Notes: generated by a model not told the origin, from the sequence alone. DNA of 64,000 nt from Alphaproteobacteria bacterium (GCA_965228895.1 OZ245842.1:1152001-1216000); one strand, 5' to 3'. Counted from the stretch's first letter, positions 43,701-53,475 are shown. Numbers and translations are program-made.

Positions 43701-44677
43701 ACGCCCAGCAGATGCTGCAGCACTTCGCCGACAACAGCGATGTCACCGGGCGTCTCTATCTGAAGGGCAGTGTCAACGGGTCCGGTGGCAGCGAACGTGC
43801 GTTGATCGAGAGTCTCGCGGGCAATGGCGACCTCTCCATGATCGATGGTGTGATCGAAGGTTTCGACTTGCCGAAGATCAGCGAGCGTTTGGACAACCTG
43901 GACAACGAGATTGCCATTGCCGCGCTGATGGACGATGCCACCAGCGGTGGTCAGACGCGGTTCACGGAGGTTGAAGGCACTTTTGTCATCACCGATGGCA
44001 TCGTGCGCTCCGACGACCTGCGCGCGATCATGGAGGCAGGGGCGGCGCGCTTCACGCTGTTGGCCGATCTGCCGCGCTGGCTGATTGACCTGGACGGGGT
44101 CATGGAGTTGACCGAGCACGAGAACTCGCCGCGCATTCTGATATCGATCGACGGCCCGATCGACAATCCCAATCGGGTGGTCGATACACGCGAACTCCAG
44201 GCGTTTCTGGTGCAGCGCGCCGTCGAGACGGCGATCCGCAAGTATGGCGACGATGAGGGCGGGGCAGCCGGCCAGCTACTCAACATTCTGACCGGCAAGC
44301 AGCCCGACGCCGAGGCCGCCACTCCGCCGGTGACGGAAGAAGCCCAGCCCGTGGATCCCGTCATCGAAGACGCGGAGGTCATCGAAGAAGCGCCAAGCCA
44401 AGGTGAGTCCGTCGAGGAAGCGGTACCGGCTGAGGACCAGGCCGTCGTGCAGCCCGAGCCGAAGCCGGAGCCGCCGCCGGAAGAGCCGCTGGACGTCCGG
44501 GAGTTGGATGCCGAGGACCTGCTGAACATCCTGACCGGCAATCAGGGCGAAACGGGCGACAATCAGCAAGCGGAGGAAGCACCGGCCCAGGAGCAGCCGT
44601 CGCAAGAGGGCGGCAACCAGCCGCTGAACACCGAGACGCTGCTCAAGGATCTGCTTGAAGGCCTCGGCAACAACTAG
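40790..44677 (+). CDS. Large AsmA family protein
   Basis: N-terminal TM, DLNQYKGEIAAELEAATGREV, repeated beta-strand-rich modules, WSSEPLDL, GQTRF..GTF.ITDG; strongly acidic. Confidence 0.85.
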   Translation: MRKLFYAVIGLVALLIVAVVAVALFVDLNQYKGEIAAELEAATGREVTLGGDIHVTFWPSIGAAIENVEIANAPGASDEPMLRAETIQAVVAIAPLLSGEVQVESVRIVNPVLLIETLADGSSNLDLDDSAGTAGGTGSGSSTAGGAQTDVRIDEVEIVGGTVIYRDLATGFDETIENIALTAQARTLQGPFQADGAMTARGVTTSFAVDVGSLSRPKIPISLRLTEGDQAVRLTFTGNLEAIDSAPKASGSLIVQADSLAAALTPFVDDLSPAVRELSDDTFELDAQVSASGDALSLVDLALSLGDLRATGDAQVDMGETTVVDVALSANQLDGDRLAAIFASEPEEVAGDAGGDDQEVVDDTAYDDSETEDSPVSGLSVTADIRVGAVTYQEGVVRQVHLIAQLDDGVIAVQQLSAGLPGGTNIAVTGEMDSDVDRPAFRGQMELASDNIRAALDWLQIDLPNMAAERLRRVDLFTSFSIEPGVVALVDMDLSVDSSRMTGNVGADWTGVPAVTANVALDRINLDAYLIDQPVDNGSGETAEAQETDGAAETEIGLALPPMPEINADIKARVGALTYNGVAVDAMILDGTLIDGRIDLRNFSADIADASVRAAGLIDPATTAVSVRYAIEAPNIGGLARLLAVDLPVSPEDLGATSLIGSVEGDTATAEVKQRLETALGTASADGTLSDALGAPGFDGRLGLRSDSYLRLVRAFGGDISGARDSAVAFAADVDTDGNDATFNAVLEAVEATLRATGSVAGLADAPSYDVRAKIEHDEFATLMAAIGAVDSMQPVGPLDVTVTAEGDATAVSGHLVSSTIGPSTLNGTLDGKLDGERPYFNLRLAGDNLILDPFLAGSADDTGGQTSGGTGTGTADGSGEQGGTSRWSSEPLDLAALRSLDGRAEITGSSATLQDLTFDNPVIVATLNDGVLQLEQFRGGVFGGQIDVTGQISDGSPNTMKVDFVASDVDAQQMLQHFADNSDVTGRLYLKGSVNGSGGSERALIESLAGNGDLSMIDGVIEGFDLPKISERLDNLDNEIAIAALMDDATSGGQTRFTEVEGTFVITDGIVRSDDLRAIMEAGAARFTLLADLPRWLIDLDGVMELTEHENSPRILISIDGPIDNPNRVVDTRELQAFLVQRAVETAIRKYGDDEGGAAGQLLNILTGKQPDAEAATPPVTEEAQPVDPVIEDAEVIEEAPSQGESVEEAVPAEDQAVVQPEPKPEPPPEEPLDVRELDAEDLLNILTGNQGETGDNQQAEEAPAQEQPSQEGGNQPLNTETLLKDLLEGLGNN

Positions 44678-44738
44678 CCATGACGCCGGCGCATGGCAGG
44701 CATGCGATCACGAGTTTTCCGGAACGTCGTATCGTGGC

Positions 44739-44781
44739 TTGACGCTATCGTGAAACGATGCGATTGAGAATGAGTTGCAAT
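44739..44781 (+). promoter_or_regulatory. Promoter with Fur-type iron box upstream of the Fe3+-binding protein gene
   Basis: TTGACG at 44739; ATTGAGAATGAGTTGCAAT (44763-44781) resembles the 7-1-7 TGATAAT-N-ATTATCA inverted repeat. Confidence 0.65.
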
Positions 44782-44803
44782 ATCTAGCCACTGAGGCCCC
44801 TCA

Positions 44804-45832
44804 ATGACATTCCGACGACGCGTTCTCGCTGCCGCTGTGCTGGGCAGTCTTCTCCCGGCGGGCTCCGCCGTGTCCGCCGAAGAGGTCAACGTTTACACCT
44901 CCCGCCATTACGACACCGACCTCGCGATCTACGAGTCGTTTACCGACGCAACCGGCATTGAGGTCAACCTGATCGAAGACAAGGCCGGTGCTTTGATTGA
45001 GCGCATCAAAGCGGAAGGGGCGAACAGCCCCGCCGATATCCTGATCACGGTCGATGCTGCCAATCTGGCCGCGGCGTCGGAAGCCGGTCTCTTCCAGCCA
45101 GTCGACTCGGCCACGCTGAATGAACGCGTGCCGGAGACACTGCGACATCCCGATGGCTTATGGTACGCCCTGACCAAGCGCGCGCGGGTTATCATGTACC
45201 GCAAGGCCGATGTCGATGTGACCGGCCTCGAGCGTTACGAAGACCTCGCCGATCCGCGTTTTGACGACATGATCTGCATCCGCTCGTCGAGCAACGTCTA
45301 CAACCAGTCTCTTGTGTCGTCGCTTATCGCCACGAACGGGTCGGAGGCGACGGAGGCCTGGGTCGATGGTGTCATCGCCAACTTCGCGCGCGAACCGCAG
45401 TCTAACGACACCGGCCAGATCAAGGCCGTGGTTGCCGGGGAATGCGACATCGCCGTCGCCAACACATACTACTTGGCCCGGTTGCGCAGCTCCGACGATG
45501 CCGCCGACCGCGCGGTCGGTGAGGCGATTGGCGTCATCATGCCGAACCAGGAAGACCGTGGCACGCACATCAATGTCAGCGGCGCGGGTGTCTTGCAGAA
45601 TGCGCCCAACCGCGACAACGCGGTCGCGCTGCTGGAGTTCCTGGTTGGCGATGAGGCCCAGCGCGCCTTTGCCGAGGGCAACAACGAGTGGCCGGCCGTC
45701 GATGCGGTTCCCCATGCGGTGATCCTGGACGATCTCTACGGCGACTTCGTCGAAGACGATCTGAACCCGGCGCTCTACGGCTCCAACCGAGTCGAAGCCG
45801 TCGAAATGATGGAAGCCCGCGGCTGGGAGTGA
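44804..45832 (+). CDS. Fe(III) ABC transporter substrate-binding protein (FutA/FbpA)
   Basis: VNVYTSRHYDTD, SPADILITVDA, CIRSSSNVYNQSL, ANTYY, GTHINVSG. Confidence 0.93.
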   Translation: MTFRRRVLAAAVLGSLLPAGSAVSAEEVNVYTSRHYDTDLAIYESFTDATGIEVNLIEDKAGALIERIKAEGANSPADILITVDAANLAAASEAGLFQPVDSATLNERVPETLRHPDGLWYALTKRARVIMYRKADVDVTGLERYEDLADPRFDDMICIRSSSNVYNQSLVSSLIATNGSEATEAWVDGVIANFAREPQSNDTGQIKAVVAGECDIAVANTYYLARLRSSDDAADRAVGEAIGVIMPNQEDRGTHINVSGAGVLQNAPNRDNAVALLEFLVGDEAQRAFAEGNNEWPAVDAVPHAVILDDLYGDFVEDDLNPALYGSNRVEAVEMMEARGWE

Positions 45833-45886
45833 CAACCCTCGTCCGCAGGCCATCGGTCGTGAATCGTGAGCGCGGGCCATGGTGCC

Positions 45887-46282
45887 ATGACGACTAGTGA
45901 ACCGTTGGGCCCGTGCTCGCCGATGTTCATCGTCGGCAGCATCGCTCGCTCGCTCGACCATTATGTGGGACACCTAGGTTTCAGTCGCCGCTATGTCGCG
46001 CCCGAAGAAGCCCCGTTCTTTGCCATCGTCGGGCGCGACAGCGCGCAAATCCTGCTCAAGGTGGTTGGCGATGGCATAGAAGCGCTGCCCAACCACCAGC
46101 GCCATCCGTGGGCACCCTGGGACGTCTTCATCTATGTCGCGGATCCTGACACGCTGTTTACTGAGTTCGTTGATCGCCGGGTCGCGTTCCAGCGCGACCT
46201 CGGTGTTACCGACGAGGGCTTGCTGGGGTTCGAGATCGCCGATCCCGACGGTTACGTCTGTTTCTTTGGACGACCGACCTGA
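45887..46282 (+). CDS. VOC/glyoxalase/bleomycin-resistance family protein
   Basis: RSLDHY...LGF, VADPD, FEIADPDGY. Confidence 0.82.
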   Translation: MTTSEPLGPCSPMFIVGSIARSLDHYVGHLGFSRRYVAPEEAPFFAIVGRDSAQILLKVVGDGIEALPNHQRHPWAPWDVFIYVADPDTLFTEFVDRRVAFQRDLGVTDEGLLGFEIADPDGYVCFFGRPT

Positions 46283-48007
46283 CTAGAGCGGTGGATTGGA
46301 CGTCCGCGCAGTTTCTGCCTGCATGCCTGGACGTGAGCGGCTGATCTGCCACGATAACAAGATGATCGGCAAGATACCGACGACGACAATGGCGAGCGCG
46401 GCGGTCGACGCTTCTGCTAGGCGCTCATCGGATGCCAAGCGATAGACGCGGGTCGCCAAGGTCTCGAAGTTGAAGGGCCGCACGATCAGCGTTGCCGGCA
46501 GTTCTTTCATGACATCGACAAAGACGAGCAGGACGCCGGTCAGGAGGCTGGCACGTAGCAGCGGCGCGTGCACCCTTACTAACGTGGCGAGCGGACCGTG
46601 GCCCAGGGTCCGCGCGGCGCCGTCCATCGATGGCGTGATTTTCGTCAGGCCCGCGTCGACGGCGTTGAAGGCGACAGCCAAGAACCGCACGACATAGGCA
46701 AACAGCAAGCCAGCAATGCCGCCGGTCAGCACCAGGCCGACCGAGACGCCGAAGAAGTCGCGTGTCAGGCCGTCGAGCCAGTTATCGAACAGACCAAACG
46801 GAATCAAAATGCCGACGGCGATGACCGAGCCGGGGATGGCATACCCCATCGACGCGACGCTCGTCGCCACGCGCGCCAGGGGCGAAGGGTTCATGCGCGT
46901 GCCGTAACCCAGGATCAAAGCGGCGACGACCGCGAGCAACGACCCCATGACGGCAACGGAGATGCTTGAGAACGCAAAGCGCAGGAACCGGCTGTCGAAC
47001 AGGGGATCGCCGGCCCGGATCGCCATCTCCAGCAGGATCCCCGCCGGCAGAAGGAAACCGCAGAGCACCGGCAGGATACACAAGAAAAGCGCGAGCCAGG
47101 CGCGCGGACCCTTGAGTGCATAGGTCGGCAACGGCGTAAAGCGTCCGGTGGTGCTGTGATAGCGCGCCTCGCCGCGCGACAACCGTTCGGCCAGCATGAC
47201 CGCCATGACGAAGACCAGCAGGCAGCTTGCCAATTGCGCTGCGACCACCGGCGATCCCTTTAGAAACCACGTACGGTAAATGCCGGTGGTGAATGTTTGA
47301 ACGCCGAAGAAGTCGACCGTGCCGAAATCGGCCAGGGTCTCCATCAAGGCGAGCGCAAGCCCGGCGACGATGCCGGGCCGGCCCATGCGCAGCGCAACCT
47401 TCCAGAAGCTGCGCCATGGTCCGTAGCCAAGGGCGCGGCTTACCTCTAGCGCCGCGACCGACTGGTTCAAGAAGGCGGTACGCGCCAACAGGTAGACATA
47501 GGGGTAGAGCACCATCGCCAACATCGCGATGGCCCCGGGCAGGGAACGAATGTTCGGGAACCAGTAGTCGCGCCGGCCCCATTCGAAGATCTCGCGCAGC
47601 CATGTCTGGATCGGACCGGCGTACTCCATGAGATCGGTATAGACATAGGCCAAGACGTAGGCCGGCACGGCAAACGGCAGCAGCAGCGCCCACTCGACCA
47701 CACTGCGTCCGGGAAACCGGCACATGGTGACAAGCCAGGCGGCGCCCGTGCCGATCATGGTCACGAGCACGCCGACGCCAACCATCAAGATGACGGTGTT
47801 GATCAGATAGGTCGGCAGGACCGTGCGCACCAGATTGACCCAAAGGCCTTCGCTGGGCGCGAAGATGTTGGCGACGACCGCGACGATGGGAAGCGCGACC
47901 GCGGCGGAGATCAGCAGCACGGCCCATGTCAGGCCACCCGGCCAACGCAGTCGCAAACCGGCGGAACCCGGCGCCTTTTTTTCGTCAGGCGTCGACACGT
48001 CAGCCAT
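46283..48007 (-). CDS. Fe(III) ABC transporter permease (FbpB/FutB)
   Basis: LYPYVYLLAR, METLADFG, GYAIPGSV, MKELPAT..RPFNFETLA. Confidence 0.93.
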   Translation of the reverse strand: MADVSTPDEKKAPGSAGLRLRWPGGLTWAVLLISAAVALPIVAVVANIFAPSEGLWVNLVRTVLPTYLINTVILMVGVGVLVTMIGTGAAWLVTMCRFPGRSVVEWALLLPFAVPAYVLAYVYTDLMEYAGPIQTWLREIFEWGRRDYWFPNIRSLPGAIAMLAMVLYPYVYLLARTAFLNQSVAALEVSRALGYGPWRSFWKVALRMGRPGIVAGLALALMETLADFGTVDFFGVQTFTTGIYRTWFLKGSPVVAAQLASCLLVFVMAVMLAERLSRGEARYHSTTGRFTPLPTYALKGPRAWLALFLCILPVLCGFLLPAGILLEMAIRAGDPLFDSRFLRFAFSSISVAVMGSLLAVVAALILGYGTRMNPSPLARVATSVASMGYAIPGSVIAVGILIPFGLFDNWLDGLTRDFFGVSVGLVLTGGIAGLLFAYVVRFLAVAFNAVDAGLTKITPSMDGAARTLGHGPLATLVRVHAPLLRASLLTGVLLVFVDVMKELPATLIVRPFNFETLATRVYRLASDERLAEASTAALAIVVVGILPIILLSWQISRSRPGMQAETARTSNPPL

Positions 48008-48052
48008 CGACCGACTGAAGCCCACCGTTGTGCTGGCGGTTCACGCGGATTG

Positions 48053-49228
48053 TCACGGGGTGTCGTAGCACTCGATCACCAGGGTGAAGTCTTTTGCCGC
48101 CTCGGCGATGGCATCGGACGATAAGGTCTCGTCGCTCGATCGCCGGGCAAAGTTGACCTGATGGAGATCCAGGAACTTCTGAGCGACCTGGCCGTTGATC
48201 GCGAAGTTGATGTTTTGGGGCAGGGCGTCGACCGCATCGACCGCGTACCACTCGTCGAGCTGGGCCGACACGATACCGATCACATTGCCGGCGCGGTCCA
48301 GCAAGGGACCGCCGCTGTTGCCCGGTTGGACCGGCGCGCTGATCTGCAGCTCGCCGGCGTAGTCGTCGATCCCCACCATGGCGCTGATGATGCCGGTGGT
48401 GACCGTAAAGCTGGTCGACACGACGTGGCGCATGGGAAAGCCCGCGACCATGACGGGTTCGCCGAGCCGCAGTGTCGGGCCATCGCGAAACGGCGCTGTC
48501 GTATCGAACGTCTTGTCCAGCTTGACGAGCGCCAGGTCGGCGTAGGGATCGACGGCCAACACGTCGACCGACCGGATCCGCTCCTTGCCGACCAGGGCCT
48601 CCAAACGCAGGCAACCCTCGATCACATGATGGTTGGTCAAGACATGACCGTCGCCCGAAACGGCAAAGCCGGTGCCGTCGCCCCACGGCTCGTTCGCGCC
48701 GGGTGCATAGAGTTCGTCTTCGCTCTCGGCCAGGCCCTTCGTGGCGCGCCACGCGCCGATCAGCCGCTCGGCCTGCTCAAGTTCGGTCTTCGTCATGCCC
48801 ATGGCGACATCGTCGGCGGCGTACAAGGCGTCGCGCCGGTCGATGGGATCGGACGTGTCGGCCGCCAGCATGAACCAACGATAGGCCTCGACGGGGTCAC
48901 GCGGCAGACCGATGCCATCGCTATACATGATGGCCAGATTGAACTGGGCATAGACGTGCTGCTGTTCGGCCGCCATGCGGTACCAGCGCGCCGCCTCCGC
49001 CAGATTGTGTTCGACGCCCAAACCGTCGTCATAGAGATAGCCGACCAGATACTGCGCCTCGGCGTCGCCCTTTTCGGCCAGGACAGACCACACCTCGAAC
49101 GCCCGCGCGAAGTCGCCGGCATCATAGGCGTGCCACCCGTCGTCAGTGCTGAACGCCTTAGCCGGCGCCGCGGTGAACAGGCTGGCAGCGAACAGCGCCG
49201 TGATCAGCGCGGCGTTTAGACGACGCAT
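48053..49228 (-). CDS. Secreted Sel1-repeat protein fused to a trypsin-like serine protease
   Basis: Signal peptide; AQYLVGYLY..GLGV and AQFNLAIMY..GIG Sel1 repeats; triad TNHHV / DLALV / GNSGGP. Confidence 0.88.
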   Translation of the reverse strand: MRRLNAALITALFAASLFTAAPAKAFSTDDGWHAYDAGDFARAFEVWSVLAEKGDAEAQYLVGYLYDDGLGVEHNLAEAARWYRMAAEQQHVYAQFNLAIMYSDGIGLPRDPVEAYRWFMLAADTSDPIDRRDALYAADDVAMGMTKTELEQAERLIGAWRATKGLAESEDELYAPGANEPWGDGTGFAVSGDGHVLTNHHVIEGCLRLEALVGKERIRSVDVLAVDPYADLALVKLDKTFDTTAPFRDGPTLRLGEPVMVAGFPMRHVVSTSFTVTTGIISAMVGIDDYAGELQISAPVQPGNSGGPLLDRAGNVIGIVSAQLDEWYAVDAVDALPQNINFAINGQVAQKFLDLHQVNFARRSSDETLSSDAIAEAAKDFTLVIECYDTP

Positions 49229-50631
49229 CACGAGGTCGGCCGGACCATGTTTTCCGGGCGTACCCATTGGTCAAACTCCTCGTCGGTCAGATATCCAAGG
49301 GCGACGGCCGCAGCTTTCAGCGTCGATCCGTCAGCGTGGGCCTTTTTGGCCACCTTGGCGGCCTTGTCGTAGCCGATATGCGGATTCAACGCGGTCACCA
49401 GCATCAGGGATTCATCACGCAATTGGGCGATACGCCCGCGGTTCGGCTCGATCCCGACGACGCAATTGTCGGCGAAACTCATCGATGCATCGGCCAGCAG
49501 GCGGATCGAGTGCAGCACGTTGAAGATGATGACCGGCTTGAAGACGTTGAGCTCGAAATGCCCCTGTGCGCCGCCGAACGTCACGGCGACGTGGTTACCC
49601 ATGACCTGGGCGCACACCATGGTCATCGCCTCCGACTGGGTCGGGTTGACCTTGCCCGGCATGATCGACGACCCCGGCTCGTTGGCCGGCAACGCGAGCT
49701 CGCCAATACCGCACCGCGGTCCCGATCCCAGCAGGCGTATGTCGCTGGCGATCTTGTTGCACGAGACCGCGAGCACGTTGAGTACGCCGGACACTTCGAC
49801 CATGGCGTCGTGGGCGGCGAGCGCCTCAAACTTGTTGGGCGCGGTGACGAAGGGCAGGCGGGTCAACTCGGCGACCTTGCCGGCGAACGCCACATCGAAC
49901 CCGGCCGGCGTGTTGAGCCCGGTACCGACTGCCGTACCGCCCATGGCGAGCGCGTAGACATGCGGCAGGCTCGCCTTGATGCGCGCGATGCCCAGCTCGA
50001 TCTGGCGGGCATAGCCGGAGAATTCCTGGCCCAGCGTCAGGGGTGTCGCGTCCTGCAAGTGCGTGCGGCCGATCTTGATGATGTCGTCGAAGGCCGCGGC
50101 TTTGTCGGCCAGGGCCTGATGCAGATGCTCCAGTGCCGGCACCAGCGAGCGGTTGATTTCGACCGCCGTTGCCACATGCATGGCGGTCGGAAAGCTGTCG
50201 TTTGACGACTGGCTCATGTTGACGTGGTCGTTGGGGTGGACCGGCGCTTTCGAGCCGACCTCACCGCCCAGGATCTCGATCGCGCGGTTCGAGATCACCT
50301 CGTTGGTGTTCATGTTGGTCTGGGTGCCCGATCCGGTCTGCCAGACGACCAGCGGGAAATGATCGGTCAGCGTGCCGTCGATCACCTCGTCGGCCGCTTT
50401 TTGGATGGCAGCCGAAAGGGCGGGGTCGAGCTTGCCGTTAGCCTGGTTCACCTGGGCCGCCGCCTTTTTGACGATGCCATAGGCATGGATCAGCGGGGCC
50501 GGCATGCGATCGTCGCTGATCCGGAAGTTCTGCAACGACCGCTGGGTCTGGGCACCCCAGTAGCGATCGGCGGGGACCGCCATCTCGCCCAGGGAGTCGG
50601 TTTCGGTGCGTGTCTCGGTGGTCTCGGCCAT
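49228..50631 (-). CDS. fumC: Class II fumarate hydratase
   Basis: [44 protein letters not shown]. Confidence 0.97.
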   Translation of the reverse strand: MAETTETRTETDSLGEMAVPADRYWGAQTQRSLQNFRISDDRMPAPLIHAYGIVKKAAAQVNQANGKLDPALSAAIQKAADEVIDGTLTDHFPLVVWQTGSGTQTNMNTNEVISNRAIEILGGEVGSKAPVHPNDHVNMSQSSNDSFPTAMHVATAVEINRSLVPALEHLHQALADKAAAFDDIIKIGRTHLQDATPLTLGQEFSGYARQIELGIARIKASLPHVYALAMGGTAVGTGLNTPAGFDVAFAGKVAELTRLPFVTAPNKFEALAAHDAMVEVSGVLNVLAVSCNKIASDIRLLGSGPRCGIGELALPANEPGSSIMPGKVNPTQSEAMTMVCAQVMGNHVAVTFGGAQGHFELNVFKPVIIFNVLHSIRLLADASMSFADNCVVGIEPNRGRIAQLRDESLMLVTALNPHIGYDKAAKVAKKAHADGSTLKAAAVALGYLTDEEFDQWVRPENMVRPTS

Positions 50632-50831
50632 GGTGTCTCTTCGTCTTGGCAGATGATTGCTAGCCGGTCGGTTTGGCAACCGGCAGCACCTCATACTACA
50701 GCACACCCCGCGCGTCTGTCCCCGAGAGCAGGGATATGGCGGGCCCTCGCCGGACCGCGTTGCCGAACTGCAAGGTTGAAACAATTGTCCGCTGGCCTCA
50801 GAAGTAGCGCAGCACCAAAGGAGGCATGGCG

Positions 50832-51716
50832 ATGAGCTCGCACCAGTCCGGCATCATGGACCCCGTTCCCGGTCTTTCGCGCTATCTGGAGTTCAGCGCG
50901 CTGCCGGAAGCCGATGTTGCCTCGGGGCTCGCTGCGCTGAAAAGCGACGGCGGCGACGGCGGCATGGTCGTCGGCCTGGGTCCGGGTCTGGTTCTGGGGC
51001 TGGGCCAGTCGATCGACGGTCTCAGGCCGTTTCCGGCCTTGAGTGGTCCGGGTTGCGAGGTGCCGTCGACACAGGCTGATCTGTGGGTCTGGCTGCGCGG
51101 CAGCGACCGTGGTGAGATCTTCCATCGTGGACGCATGGTCGTCGACCATCTCGCGCCTTGCTTTCGGCTGGATCACATGGTTGACGGCTTCAAGTACGGC
51201 CGGGGCCAGGACCTGACGGGTTACGAAGACGGGACCGAAAATCCGGTCGGCGATGAAGCAGTCGAGGCAGCCCTGGTTGCCGGGCGCGGCGTGGGCCTTG
51301 ATGGTTCAAGTTTTGTCGCGGTCCAGCAATGGGCCCACGACCTCGATCACTTCGACACGATCGACCAGGATGACAAGGACAACAACATCATCGGCCGGCG
51401 CTTGAGCGACAACGAGGAACTGGACGATGCGGCCGACACCGCACATGTCAAACGCACGGCGGCCGGTCAGTTCGAGCCGCGTTCGGTCATCCTGCGCCGT
51501 TCCATGCCGTGGGCGGATACATCGGGCGACGGCCTGATGTTCGTCGCGTTCGGCAACACGCTCGACGCATTCGAAGTTCAGATGCGCCGCATGGTCGGCC
51601 TCGACGACAACGTGGTCGACGGCCTGTTCCGATTCACCCGGCCGATATCCGGCGGCTACTTCTGGTGCCCGCCGGTCTCCGGCGGATCGCTCGATCTGAG
51701 CGCGGTCAGTCTTTAG
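50832..51716 (+). CDS. Dyp-type peroxidase
   Basis: [12 protein letters not shown] (GxxDG), AHVKR proximal His, LRRSMPW distal Arg, YFWCPP; AAGGAGG RBS. Confidence 0.92.
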   Translation: MSSHQSGIMDPVPGLSRYLEFSALPEADVASGLAALKSDGGDGGMVVGLGPGLVLGLGQSIDGLRPFPALSGPGCEVPSTQADLWVWLRGSDRGEIFHRGRMVVDHLAPCFRLDHMVDGFKYGRGQDLTGYEDGTENPVGDEAVEAALVAGRGVGLDGSSFVAVQQWAHDLDHFDTIDQDDKDNNIIGRRLSDNEELDDAADTAHVKRTAAGQFEPRSVILRRSMPWADTSGDGLMFVAFGNTLDAFEVQMRRMVGLDDNVVDGLFRFTRPISGGYFWCPPVSGGSLDLSAVSL

Positions 51717-51729
51717 GGCAGCGTTTCGC

Positions 51730-52092
51730 TCACCCTTTCTTTCGCTTGCGCGATCGCTTTTTGGCCTGGTTGCGCCGCGCGGCGTTGAGCGCTTTCTCGG
51801 CCCACGCGATCAGGTTGCCGGGCTCTGCCCAGACATCGTCGGGAACCGAGACATAGGACATGGTGATCGGCTTGGCCGCCGCGTCACGGCGATAGGTGAA
51901 CGATTCGCCGCCGGAGGCCAGAAACCCGTCGCGGTTCTCGTCGTCGACCTTCAGCCACAGCCGGTCATAGGCGGTCAGGCCGAACATGACGTCGTCAAGA
52001 TAGATGCCGTGTCCGCCAAACATGGCGCGTGCGCGAACCGGTCCCAGCGGCGTCAGCGCCGCGACCGCGCGCTCGGCAATTGGTGATGCCAA
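51730..52092 (-). CDS. TfoX/Sxy N-terminal domain protein
   Basis: RAMFGGHGIY...MFGL, LWLKVD, MSY..VP; GAGGAGG RBS. Confidence 0.88.
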   Translation of the reverse strand: MASPIAERAVAALTPLGPVRARAMFGGHGIYLDDVMFGLTAYDRLWLKVDDENRDGFLASGGESFTYRRDAAAKPITMSYVSVPDDVWAEPGNLIAWAEKALNAARRNQAKKRSRKRKKG

Positions 52093-52247
52093 GTCGCCAG
52101 TCCCTCCTCGTCGAAATTGTCGGGGGCCATAATCTTGCCCAATCCCTAATTCTAGTCTGATGTAGCGGTTGTCGGAAGGGCGGTGGCCGTTTGTTCGCTT
52201 GCACCAGCCGACTGCGCGGTTGGGTGCACAAACCTTTGGAGGGATTC

Positions 52248-52493
52248 ATGATCAAGCAAACACTGGCGGCCTTGGCGGTGTCGTGTTTTGTCGCAACGTC
52301 AGCCTTGGCGGGAAACTGTCCGTTGATGATCCAGGAAATTGATGACGCTCTTGCTACCAATACCACCCTCAGCGCCGAAGAGGTTGCGGAGGTCAAAGTG
52401 CTGCGGGACAAGGGCGAGGCCGAGCATACTGCCGGCAAGCACGCAGAGTCCGTCGCGACCCTGCAGCAAGCCAAGGACATGCTGGGACTGTAA
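52248..52493 (+). CDS. Small secreted helical protein
   Basis: GGAGG RBS; signal peptide ending SALA; CP..I..ID, GEAEHTAGKHAES. Confidence 0.8.
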   Translation: MIKQTLAALAVSCFVATSALAGNCPLMIQEIDDALATNTTLSAEEVAEVKVLRDKGEAEHTAGKHAESVATLQQAKDMLGL

Positions 52494-52582
52494 TAGGCTT
52501 GCTAGCCGGATCGGTCATCACGCCGGTGTCGCTGAGCAAGATTGCGATCAACGCTCGGCGATGGCGGCGGCCGTGAGGCCGG

Positions 52583-53068
52583 TTATTTCTTGCGGAACTC
52601 GTCCAGCGCAACGACCTTGCCGGACTCGTCGTCTTGTTCCGGTGCGTTCGCCTCGATCGGCTCGTCCTTGGCCACCGCGACCGGCATGGCGGCTGGCTGT
52701 TCGGCGCCATCCAGGGACGGTTTGAATTGCAGGCCGAACTTGACGCTGGGGTCGACGAAAGCGGTGACTGCGCCGAACGGCACGTGCAGCGTCTGCGGCG
52801 ACTGATTGAAACTCAGCGTGACCGAAAAGCCGTCATCGCTGATGTCGAGATCCCAAAACTGGTGCTGCAGGACGATGGTGATCTCTTCGGGATACTTCGA
52901 CTTCAGTTCGTCGCCGACCACGGCCTGCGGGTGGTCCGTGCGGAACGTGACATAGAAATGATGGTCGCCCGCCAGACCGTGTGCCGCAACGTGATGAAGT
53001 GAGCGGACCATGACGCTTCTAAGGGCGTCGTCGACCATGCGTTCGTAATCAAGTTGCTCGTCGGTCAT
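52583..53068 (-). CDS. sspB: ClpXP adaptor SspB (alphaproteobacterial type)
   Basis: HHFYVTF, YPEEITIVLQHQF, FVDPSVKFGLQF, C-terminal VVALDEFRKK; next to ssrA. Confidence 0.93.
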   Translation of the reverse strand: MTDEQLDYERMVDDALRSVMVRSLHHVAAHGLAGDHHFYVTFRTDHPQAVVGDELKSKYPEEITIVLQHQFWDLDISDDGFSVTLSFNQSPQTLHVPFGAVTAFVDPSVKFGLQFKPSLDGAEQPAAMPVAVAKDEPIEANAPEQDDESGKVVALDEFRKK

Positions 53069-53099
53069 TGGTTGTCGCGTCCCAGCCGGCTGCCCATGG

Positions 53100-53362
53100 C
53101 AAAGTGGAGGGCTTCTGTTGCCCGGTGCCCTCCGAACCGCGCTTATTGCTTAAGCAGCAACAGCGAACGCCTCATTATCGTTGGCGTTTGTCATAATGAC
53201 CCGATAACGGTGGTATCATGCCGGGCGAAAGCAAAGCCCTTTACCACGCGCGTCGAACCTGGTTCGCCCCCATAGATGGTGGAGGCGGCGGGTACTGCCC
53301 CCGCGTCCGCTACGCTTATTCCGGCCAGCGTTTATCGCCATAGTCCGGCGAACCGAACACCA
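53100..53362 (-). ncRNA. ssrA: Two-piece (circularly permuted) tmRNA; tag ANDNEAFAVAA*
   Basis: Acceptor piece ends CCTCCACCA at 53277; 5-nt spacer; coding piece starts GGGGGCGAA at 53271; tag frame 53185-53150. Confidence 0.95.
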
Positions 53363-53365
53363 CAG

Positions 53366-53394
53366 AATATAGGGCTTTGGCCTGCCGGTGCCAA
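53366..53394 (-). promoter_or_regulatory. Putative sigma70 promoter of ssrA
   Basis: TTGGCA-N17-TATATT on the minus strand directly upstream of the tmRNA. Confidence 0.65.
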
Positions 53395-53475
53395 CCGAGC
53401 CGCTTGGCCGGGGCCGAACGGTGACGTAAGTTCGCCAATTCGCCCGCCAACCGTTCACAAAGGTGACGACAGCAG

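Noticed and set aside
50640-50825. Possible riboswitch between fumC and the Dyp gene (GAGAGCAGGGATATGGC)
   Set aside because: Only a fragmentary resemblance to SAM-I; the remaining conserved core and pairings are absent.
51670-51716. DyP C-terminus ([11 protein letters not shown]) as an encapsulin targeting peptide
   Set aside because: Directly follows the YFWCPP core with no flexible linker, looks like an ordinary ending for this DyP group, and no encapsulin gene is adjacent.
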